Positions 1-10,446 of a DNA stretch of 45,709 nucleotides are shown here, in pieces. A program made the position numbers and the translations under genes. The notes beneath the pieces are model-generated. The model saw only the letters and a program-made list of their open reading frames with translations. It ran no database searches and was not told the DNA's origin. Each line of letters starts with the position of its first letter. Within the stretch, counting starts at the first letter, position 1. The DNA comes from Geosiphon pyriformis uo1 (Eukaryota > Fungi > Glomeromycota): assembly GCA_016748015.1 (NCBI GenBank), contig JAAOMT010000683.1, positions 1-45,709 of the forward strand, read 5' to 3'.

Positions 1-430
1 CTAATACTTAACTACACTAAACCAATAGCTCTTAATTACAGTTATTGATAAAATACTAATTTCTTATTTTTTTTTATTTTTTTTTATTTTTTTTTTGTTT
101 TGTTTTTTTGTTGTTTACTAATTAATTAAAAAAATTAAATACTGAATATTTGACATTAAAGATAGCTTGGTAAAAAACTTGGAAACAAGAATAAAAATTT
201 AAGAATAACTTACCAAAAAAACATGACTGTTAAAATAAACCAGCCACTATGCTGAAAAAAAAAATTCACAGAAAAAATTATCAATTGAATCTCTGTCTAT
301 TATACAAAAAACTCAACCAAAACATTTAAATTATGAAAATCTTTAAAAGTTACCAATATTTCTAACTATTAAGTACCAAGTTATAGGTTTGTTATTTGTT
401 TCAACACTCTAAATAGTTATCTATAACAAT
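1..430 (+). repeat. Left arm of a ~430-bp degenerate inverted repeat (5' leader of the LTR element); partner at 4013-4438
   Basis: 1-60 (taatacttaactacactaaaccaatagctcttaattacagttattgataaaatactaat) aligns with the reverse complement of 4379-4438 (caatatttaatcatactaaatgaatagtttttaatcatgattattaacagaatactaat); similarity continues to ~430. Confidence 0.85.
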
Positions 431-890
431 ACATTATGCCAATACACTATTTAATGCTTATAACAATGCTCTTAACAAATTGTACTATTTTTTACATGAT
501 ATCTAAATAATCTATGAACTGGTTATAATTTTAATTAATAGAAAAACCCAAAAAAATGTCTATCAAATAAAAAAAACCGAATATATTAAATACATCCTTG
601 AAATTGCTAAATACAACTATAAAAATAAAATAAAAGTATACTACCAAATTGCAAGTTACACTTACTTAACCAAAAAAGCTTAAATTTAATAATTAAAGCA
701 AATAAACATTTAATTGTACAAAGAATATATCATGACTTGTAACAGCTAATAGTGTTCAAAATGCTATGTTCTTAGCATTTCTTTACCCAATGAAAAAAAT
801 GAACATGAAATCAAATTTAGAAAACCTGAATCAGAAAAAAAAATTGCAATTATATTAATCTACTTAGTAAAAAACTAGCCTATTATACAA

Positions 891-1320
891 CTTAAATATT
901 TCGACAACAATAGTTAAAAAATTAAGCTAAAAAAAGCTCATAAAATTAATACTAAATATGATTTACAATATTTAAAAAAAAACACTTTAATTCTTCAATC
1001 CAAGTTTCTAACAAAGATCAACTTCAGAATTGCTTTTGAAATTCTACCAGAAGCAATAGTTCAAATTGCTTTCTAATTATTATTGATAAGCAAAAAAATT
1101 AATATTAAAGAAAAAATCATAAATACAGAATATACCAAAGATATTACAATTATGTTACAAAATAAAACTAATAAACTATTCAAAATTAAGCATGCCAAAA
1201 AAATTGTTCAAGCAATTTATTTACTCCTAATTAATATTTCAGATTTGTGATCAGTTAATTAAAGGGAACAATTAAGTAAAAATAATAGAAAAACTCAAAA
1301 TTTTGGTTTACAAGACAATT
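891..1320 (+). pseudogene. dUTPase domain of the retroelement polyprotein (degenerate)
   Basis: Frame reads LKYFDNNS*KIKLKKAHKINTKYDLQY...IALEI-like IAFEILPEAIVQIAF*LL...EKIINTEYTKDITIMLQN...KKIVQAIY...RKTQNFGL. These are G>A/C>T-eroded versions of dUTPase motifs I (AGYDL), II (RSS), III (GxIDxxYxG), IV (AQ) and V (RGxxGFGS), in the right order and spacing. Confidence 0.85.
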
Positions 1321-1564
1321 TACAGTTCTAGTAAATATAGTTCTTAAAACACAAAATAAATTTTACCACATTCTTTGACTTCTACAACCAATTATTATTT
1401 TCTTTTTTGGAAAATATTACAAAATTTATACTTGTCTGAAATTAACTACTACTTAACAAATTTGTTTAAAACATAAAATCCAAATTTTAAATTTTTATAT
1501 CCCAAAAAAAATGAAAAAATTCTGATTTATTTTTTACAATCTTAATATCTATCTTATTTTTTTA

Positions 1565-2061
1565 TTAAATAGATTAAAACAGTTATTATATATCTGAAAA
1601 ATTTTAATCAAAATCTGTGCCAAATACAAGCAATTGAAGCTAATTATTTTACAATATCATAAATCTTAAACCAATTCATTTATGGCTTATGTAGTAGTTT
1701 GCTATAACAAATATGCTTAATGTATCCAAATACTTTTTAAGATATAGTTATATATACCAAAAATTTTAAATTGGCAAAATTCAAAGCCAATTACATCCAA
1801 GCTATTAATTTAATAATAAATAGATTATCTAAATTAAATACCAAATTAAAACAATTTGGCAAAGCAATTAATTAGAAAATTGAAAGATATTTAGCTAATA
1901 ATTAAGTCATTTATTAGTTTTTTTAATGTTGTAATAATCAAAAAAACTCCAATTCCTTTCAAAATTAATTATATTTATTATCATTATTGAATCAATTGTA
2001 ACAACTAAAAACATGTAATTGTCATTACTATAGTAAATAAGACCATTTAAAAGCAGATTGC
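1565..2061 (+). pseudogene. Retrotransposon gag, C-terminal part with zinc knuckle
   Basis: ...ILNQFIYGLCSSLL*QICLMYPNTF*DIV... and C-H-Y-Y-S-K-*-D-H-L-K-A-D-C at 2020-2061 (decayed CX2CX4HX4C). Confidence 0.75.
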
Positions 2062-2679
2062 CACTCCAAATTTAATAATTTATGATCAGAAAATCAATAT
2101 TAAAATTCTGATTATAGATTTTAAATTCAAAACTATGTTTACAATTTGTCATTAGAACAATACTAATATTAGTTACCTTATATTCTAATAATATAACAAT
2201 TAATATATTTACCTCCAATCTATATAACTCCACTATTAATAATCTATTAACCACTATAGCTATAAATAATTTATTAATTTTAACAAATTCAAGTACTACT
2301 CCAAAATATTATGTCAATATTAACCAAAAATCCAAAGCCAAAAATTACTTACATATAACAGAACTGAAAATTAACAATATTAATGTACTAACTAATCTTC
2401 AGTTTATCAAACCAGCCATCAGAATCATGTCAATAGAGTTTAGAAAGTAGGTACACCCAAAACCCAAATTTCCAGAACTATTTAAGTCTTTTAATTATTT
2501 TAAACAATACTTAATTCAACAACCCAGAATAACTAATACAACTACTTACTAACAATATTTTACCAATAATCATCACTGAAAATGAGTTACTTGTTACCAT
2601 ATTTTTTTTTAAATTAAAAAAATTAGCAATAATATTTTTATTTAGTAAAGTTACTTTTAATACCAAACTTATTACTGTT

Positions 2680-2925
2680 ATATATACTAATATTAAAGTC
2701 AATGGTCAATCTATTAAGCTAATCCTTAATAGTAAATTAGCAGACAGTATTATTACATAACAATTCATAGACCAATTAGGTTACTAAATTAATCAAGCTA
2801 CTAATGTTAGAATAATTACAGTTAATAGAGTAATTAAGATATCTATTGGTTAGATTAATGACTTTTTATTCAAAATTAATGACATTATTATTATTATTAA
2901 AGTTTTGGTAATAAAAGCCACCCAA
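2680..2925 (+). pseudogene. Retropepsin aspartic protease (degenerate)
   Basis: IYTNIKVNGQSIKLILNSKLADSIIT*QFIDQLGY...RIITVNRVIKISIG; LNSK at 2725-2736 is LDSG after G>A changes. Confidence 0.8.
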
Positions 2926-4010
2926 GCTTTAATACCACAAGTTTACAGTATTTTATAAGAAATATGAAATGACTTAAAGTGTTTTAGCATTATCTTATTT
3001 GTTGGCTACAATGGTTTTTGTTATATTATTTAATTATGCTTAAATATTGTTTTTTTTGCCAGTAAATTTTTCAAGTTTGGCAATTAATATATATATCATT
3101 AGTACAAGTTGTTGTTGTTGAAAAGTGGCAATTAGTGCTATTGGTAATTAATTAATCGAAATAACTAGAGATAAGTTTTGTGAAAGAATAAAAGCTAAGT
3201 TTAGATTGTTTAGATTTTGTTGAATTTAAACAATCAGAGTTTGGATGTCTAAATTATTTAAGATTGGGTTTTAATTATTATTTTTGTAATTACTGTTTTT
3301 TTTTCTCCTAAATTGGTGTCTGTTCAATTACTAACAAATTTGAAATTTGGTTGAAATGGCAGTAATTAAAGTTCTGGTAAGATTGTTAGTTACAATTTAA
3401 ATTCTTCAAAAAAATTGCTATAAGTTCTTAATAATTTGTTTTTTTTTGGTTATTTTGGAATAATATTCTGGATAATAGTGTTTTTAATGTGGTCACAACT
3501 ATTGATGTTATTTAGATAATGTTTTCAAATATGTGATAATATAATAAATTAATGAGTAAAACAATTCTTGGTTTTTTCTAAATAGGTATTTGTATTTTTC
3601 TTAGAATTTTTGTTAAAATTTGTAGCTTTTTTTTGTCAATAAAGGTAATAAAGAATTTTTGTTTGGTATAATTTTCAATCTCACAATTTATATTTATAAT
3701 TATTGAGGTAAAACTATGATTTTATAGAAAACTAATATAGTGTAGTAGCTTACTGTAAAAATTTTTGATAGTGGTTTCTGGGTTTTCTTGGTCTCTTAAG
3801 TAGTATATAATTTTTTTATTTATGTAAAAATTGAGAACTAATTCTGCTGGCCAATAATTATTTGTTAGTTCAAGATAAGTTTAGTAATGTTGAAATAAGA
3901 ATTTGGTAAATTCCAAATAATTTGTTCTTATTATTTTTAATTTTGCTATTTTTCTAAATAATTGATATTAGTGCTAGTTTTTTGTTAAATTATATCTTAC
4001 AGAAAGCACC
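2924..4010 (-). pseudogene. Retrotransposon gag, N-terminal part (inverted relative to the C-terminal part)
   Basis: Minus strand ends ...IAKLEKFTGKKNNI*A*LNNITKTIVANK*DNAKTL*VISYFL*NTVNLWY*SL, the typical start of a retrotransposon gag capsid domain (KFxG...W...AxxW). Confidence 0.7.
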
Positions 4011-4012
4011 AA

Positions 4013-4438
4013 ATATTACAGATAATTATTTAAAATGTTAAAACAAATAACAAATCTATAAATTAATGTTTAATAACTGTTAATATTAATAATTTTTAAA
4101 GATTTTGAAAATTTTGATTAAGTTTTTTGTATAATAAATAAAGATTCAATTAATGGTTTTTTTCTATAAATTTTTTTTTTAACATAGTGGTCAGTTTATT
4201 TTGACAGTTGTGTTTTTTTGGTAAGCTATTCTTAAGTTTTTTCTATTCTTGTTTTATGAGTTTTTTATCAGGCTATTTTTAATATTAATAACTCAGACTT
4301 AATTTTTTAATTAATTAATAAACAACAAAAAAATAAAACAAAAAAAATAAAACAAAAAAAAATAAAAAAAAATAAAAAATTAGTATTCTGTTAATAATCA
4401 TGATTAAAAACTATTCATTTAGTATGATTAAATATTGA
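4013..4438 (-). repeat. Right arm of the ~430-bp inverted repeat
   Basis: Reverse-complement similarity to 1-430, including the long A/T tract. Confidence 0.85.
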
Positions 4439-6385
4439 ACATAAATTATTAATAGTATAAAAGTAATTAATTTTTTCAATTAAAAAATAACAACATAAAT
4501 TAAATAGTAATAGATATTTTTATTAATATAGATATAATTCTATTTTAAGTTATAAAAAACTATCTTTTGAAAAAAGATATATTTAATAATTATTTATTGT
4601 TAACTACTGTTTTGAATATTTTTTTTGTTTCTAATATTTTTGTTCTATATATATAATTTATATTATATGAAATTTCTTGAAATTTTTTAATTTCTTTGAA
4701 AAAAATTCTGAAATTCTGAAATTTTGCAATTCTGCAATTTTTTAAGAAAAATTGTGCAATTTTGCAATTTTTTAAAAAAAATCTTGGAATTTTTTTTTTT
4801 ATTATGCTCTTTTTTTATTGATTATTTTTTTATTTATTATAATTTCTATTTCTATAAATAACAAAATATAGTAACTGGTACAGAATTGGCTATTTTATTT
4901 ATAAGTTCAATAGTTCAAATTATAGGAGATAATTTAAAAATAAATTTAGTTATTAGAGATTTATTAGTTTTTAATAATTATAAATTAACAACAAACCAAT
5001 ATTAACAACATTCAAGAAAAAAGACAAAAAAAACCTTTAATAACAGTATTTATATAATATTTACATATATATTTATGTCTTTTAATCTCATACAAAAAAA
5101 AATTATAAAATATTTTTTTAAAAAAACAAAAAAACCTTATTTTGATCCAAGTTATCATGTATTTTATATCTATTTAAGAGTCTAAAATTTGTTATTATCT
5201 TATTAATTCTATTTTTATATAAATTGCCAAAAAATTTAATAAACTTTTTACACATTTTTATTTACTTTAGGTTTTATTGTAGATGAATTCAGCCAACAAA
5301 ATTATAAATTTTATACATATTTTACAAAACCAAATACACTTATTTTTTTTTAAAGTATTTTTAACAACAAAATTTACAACCAAAACTAAAATTTATGTAA
5401 AAATGTTTTTAAACACTAAAAAATTGTTTTTACAAAACATATTAAACTTGTTATAAACAGAAAAAATATGATTTGACAAAATTTTTGACAGAATTTTTCT
5501 AGTCATTTCAATCAAAGCTATTGGTTTAATATTTATTAATACTTTTTTTTACTTATATAGTTTTAGAATTTTAGATACTTATGTTCTTCTTTAAAACATA
5601 AAAATCATCTCTAAAACCAAACAACTATTTAATTAATTCAAAAAATATCTTAAAATATTACTACTATTATGCTTTTACAGCTTATTTAAAATTTCAAAAA
5701 AACCAGCTGTTTTACTATTAGAAAAACATTTAACTATATACTTCAATTTATTGAAACTAATTTCTATTATTATTTTAGAAAACATATTATTATTCACATA
5801 ATTTATAGATATATACTAACAGAATTAGAGATCAAGAATAACTACTGGCACCAAATGCTTTTTAATTTAATTTTTTATAATACTATTTATTTTATTTGGT
5901 TTTAAAACCAGTTTGTTTCTAACTACCAAATAATTAAGCACAATTTTTTGAAAAGATTGTTTTAAAATACTCTTAATTATGTGGTTTTTGTTTGTATAAA
6001 AATATTTTATCTTTTTATCAATAGCTTTTTTAATAACTAAAATCTTAATAGACTCCAATTTTCAAAACTTTAAAGCACAATATATTTTTTTGGCTTTAAA
6101 CAAATAATGAAAAACTTTTTCAGATTTAGCTTTATACTCAATTAAAGATTGTATATCAAAAGCAAAAACTTTAACAATATTAGAAATCAGGATTTTCAAC
6201 TTAAAAAATTTAGAAGACTATTAATTTTTTAAAGCATTGAACTTATTATATTAATGTTTAAAAAAAACTTTATTTGCTGAATTCATTATGATCTTTCTTA
6301 AAATATCTTATATTATATTCAGCTTATTTTGTTTTTTAGCATTTTTAAACTCATGTGAAATTAAAAACAAACTCAATAACAAATA

Positions 6386-7677
6386 CAGTACTCCCTAAAA
6401 ATAATAGCAGAGTAACTTTTATAGTATGTAATTTTTATTATAGTTCGATTAGCTATTTTTAAAACATTTTAAATAATAATTTATATATACATATATTCCA
6501 TATTACTATTTTTATTTTTTAAAACAAAATTAGTTTGATCAATAACATGTTTTATTTCTTATAATACAATATAATCCTGTAAAATTCAATCATAAAGTTG
6601 TTAAGAGATTTTGACAACAAGATTATCAAAGTCCAATTAAAATATCTTAAAAAACTAATGTTTCTCTTTGCTCTTGTAAACAATATATAGGACAACTTTG
6701 TAAAAATAGTCAAATTTAAGCAATTTGTCATTCAGATTATCCACAAAAAACTTTACCAAAAATGTGTCACCAGATTGAAAAAATTATAAATTAAAATTAT
6801 TTTACTACAGCAATTAAAATCAAGACACAACTTGCAAAAACATATTCTAAGATTGAAATAAGTAAACCGACTATTTGCAGTAAAATTTTTAGACTTGGTT
6901 ATATAGCTGTTTTACTAAGACATATATTTTTACTCACTGAACAAGCCAAAAAAGACTAATTAATATGAGCTTAAGAACATTCTAATTATAATTGGTGCAA
7001 AGTAGTATTTTTAGATGAAACAACTTTACAAATGTTTTGAAATACTTGTTTGGCTTGATTTCATTTGGGTAAATTTATTGCATTAATGGTAAAACATCTA
7101 TTTAAATTTCATATGTAAAAAGCAATTTGTGTATATAGAAAAGTTAGAATGTGTATCTTTACAGAAAATATAAACTGACATTTTTATTAAAAATTCTCAA
7201 TAAGAATTTATATTAAAATACAACTAGCATATATGAATAACAACATTAAATTTTCCAGCATGATAACAATTCAAAGCATATTTCAAAAGATATTTACACA
7301 GATTTTAAGATGCAACTGCCAAATTGCGTTTTATGTTAGTTATTATATAGTCTAGATCTCAATCCAATTGAGAATATTTAGACTATTCTTAAACAAAATG
7401 TTAAAAAAAAAGTCAAAGCAATAATAGTACACAAAAAAAATATCTCAAGTAATTTTTATTACAATAGTAGAAGAAAAATGAAATAATCTGTCTAATAAGG
7501 CTATTTTTAACTGTATTATTAGTATAAAAAATTGAATTTAAGATTGTATTAGTGTAAAAAGAAGATATATATTTTTTACTTATATATTTATTAAATATTA
7601 AAATTTAAACAGAAATTATTATGTATAAAAAAAATAAAAATAAAAAAATATTCTGCCATTACTTTTTAGGAGAATTT
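6386..7677 (+). mobile_element. Tc1-like DNA transposon, 1.3 kb, with TIRs and TA target duplication
   Basis: Left end TA|CAGTACTCCCTAAAAATAATAGCAG; right end CTGCCATTACTTTTTAGGAGAATTT|TA (20/27 match including TA). LINE A sequence is continuous across the TA. Confidence 0.85.
6547..7580 (+). pseudogene. Tc1-family transposase (DD35E), degenerate
   Basis: WCKVVFLDET (first D), FQHDNNSKH (second D), *LLYSLDLNPIENI* (= WPxxSPDLNPIENxW). Confidence 0.9.
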
Positions 7678-10446
7678 TACTTTTTAAAGTATGTTCATTT
7701 TGTTTTATTAGCATTTTTTACACCAAATTTTTAATAGTCTTAATTAATTTACTTATACATAGTATTTAAACAAACATTTAAAAAACAACCCAACTCAAAA
7801 AAACTAATATAGTTTTGTAATTAGTATTAAAAAACTTAGATACATCAGAAATTTTATAACTAACAACTGTTAACAAAAGATAATTAATAGTTTTTTCTAT
7901 GTTTTTTGAGTTGTTTTAAGTAAAAAGCTTAGCAAAAAAATTTCCAAATAATAAGTTTAATAAATCTAAATTAGAACATTTCTTAAAGCTAGTACTTTTC
8001 TTTAACTCATTCTTGTTAAAATTATTTTTTAGTATTACATAAAAACTAGTACCAACTGTTTTAGTAATAAAAAAATTAATATCTCCAGCCTAATCAAAAT
8101 ATGTAGTTGTTAATATACCAGCATATAAATTTAGAATTACTATTAAAAGCTTGTTGTCAAACAATAAATAAATAAATAAAAAAAGACAACTAAAGATTTC
8201 AGAAATTTTGTACATATATTAAATAAACATATTATTCATTATTATTGTCATTTCTAAACTCAGATAACTAGTATTTAATTCAAAAATAAAAATTTTCAAT
8301 CCTAAAAACTTGTCCTTAATTCAAAGTCTAGTCTGTTTTATTAACTTTGTTTTAATAAATATAAAAACCAAATTGCCAAAAATTTTATGTTATTTAATGA
8401 CATTTTTTTGTTTAGTCAAATTATTTATTCTTCTAATATTACATATAGCAAATTTTTACACATAATTAGTTATTAAGATAAAAAATATATTAATAAACTT
8501 AAACCAGAACATAATTGATTTAATTTTGCTAAAACTAAACTAACAAAAATCTTAAAACAATTATTTTTAATTCTAAGCCACTTATCTTAGTAATTAAAAC
8601 CTTAGATTTACTTAAATCTAAATTTAAAATCTTTATTATTGCTATTAAAAAAAAATATAATATCTGTAAGTTATTTAAAATTATATCTGAATTCAAACTT
8701 AAAATTAGAAACACAAAACAATTGAAAAAAGATATTAAGAATCAGAAACCAAGAATATTAAATTCATATTATTTAGCTTTTATATAATACACAAAACTTG
8801 ATTAGTCAGAAATTTCAAGAAATGTCTTAAAGAAACCAAATAAGCATTAATAGACAAATAATTTTACTGAGCAAAAAAAAACATTATTAAAACATAAAAC
8901 TTCAGAAAAAAAAGATTTAAAACCAAAACCAAAATAAGTATTATTAGTAATAAAAGCTAACAAAATTATTTAAGTTTATGATATAAGATAAAAATACTTT
9001 TTTTGGCATATAACTTGGCCAATTAAAGACAATTTATATCTAATATAAACTTTATATATACTTTTAAAAACAAAAAACAAATGTATTTAGTATATTATAC
9101 TTTAAAGCAAAATATTTAAAACATTCACATTTTTTACAATAAATTAAATTCAGTCTAGTCTAAAAAAATTTTATGCTATTAAAAATCAGCTTTATATAAA
9201 AAACTAATTTTAAATTTTTCTTTAATTCAAAATTAATTACAGTATAATAAATTTTATTATTAATTTTAAATAATTAATTAATTATACATGTTTTTTATCA
9301 GTTTTTTCTAACAAAATATCTAGATTATAAGCAGTTGTTCTTACAAACAAAGTAAACAAAAATGTTTTAAATTGATTTTTTAACATTTAAATATTATGAT
9401 TTCTCATAGCTTTAACTACATATATTAAATTTTTTCTAATTAAAAATAATTATTTTAATGTTAACTAATTAGCTTAATTTAATTTAGCAAATTTTACTAT
9501 ATTTTTTGTTATAATTCAATAAGTTATAATTGGATTAATATTATTTAATTATATTTAATTATTGTAAAAACAATTATTTTTTTTAGTATATTTATAAAAT
9601 TTTTTTGATTATTACAATTTAATCTAAATAAAATTTTTGTTTTTTAAGATTATTGTTAACTTTAATGCTTTTTTTTTTACCTAATAATTTGGTTTTTTTA
9701 TGTTGTTTTTAGAAATAAACATAAGTCTAATAATTTTTTCAAATTTTAAAAAAGTAGTAATTCTTCAAAATTATTAACTAATAAAAACAATTTTTTAATA
9801 ATTTAAGTTTTTGCTATTAATAATTTGTTTTCTATTGTTAAAAAATTAATGTTTAAAACAAAAAATTTTTTAATTATTACTTCTATTTAAGTTTTAATAA
9901 TCTTTGAATTAATTTATTTTTTATCTAAAAACACTAAAAAATAGAAAAAAAATACAATTTTATTATTATTTAAGACATATTTTAGAGTACTAATAAGAAA
10001 TTTATTTATTTTACCAGTATTAATTTTTTTGGTTTTTGGGATATTTAACTTTAAGTTAAAGTAATTTTTATCTTTACTATTAATTCTATAATTATCCTTA
10101 ATATTTGCAAAAAAACTATTAACACTTTTTTATTTATATCTATTTTAGCAAATTGACTAATTACTTATTTAATTCTACTAAAGTTTATATTTGTTTTATT
10201 ATTAAAATGCTTAATATTATCCAAAAACATTTTTTGTTTTTGAGTTAAGCTTTTATTGACAGAATTTAAAGTCATAACTCTGGCTGGTTTTTTTTAACAA
10301 CAAAATTATTCATAAATTTTTTTTTTCTATTTTACGAGTAAAATCCAAATATTAACTAGTGCTATACATCAAAGAAATAATTTATACTAAGCATAAATCA
10401 TGTATTTACTATACATGACCAGCCATTCGGGCTGATCAGAACATCA

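Larger units (their letters stand above)
1..4440. mobile_element. Rearranged remnants of an LTR retrotransposon (gag, retropepsin, dUTPase; probably Ty3/Gypsy-like)
   Basis: Decayed gag with CCHC knuckle, aspartic protease and dUTPase motifs on both strands. RT and integrase are not in the window, so the superfamily is inferred. Confidence 0.75.
5140..10316 (-). mobile_element. LINE copy A: old, 3'-truncated inside RT, interrupted by a Tc1 element
   Basis: Minus strand: ORF1 from ATG at 10313 (includes ...IIKKFFVLNINFLTIENK..., homologous to KSFALDIDL in copy B); APE start KFAICNIRRIN at ~8460; RT segment IKMCKKFIKFFGN...HDNLDQ ending at ~5142. Confidence 0.85.

Noticed and set aside
1-4438. 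Inverted repeats as TIRs of a DNA transposon
   Set aside because: The arms are the retroelement leader running into gag, and no transposase lies between them; the left end is outside the window.
4690-4790. Short degenerate repeats (ctgaaatt / tgcaattt)
   Set aside because: Irregular 8-9-bp units without spacers; not CRISPR-like. Probably part of the LTR element leader, but I cannot support a function.
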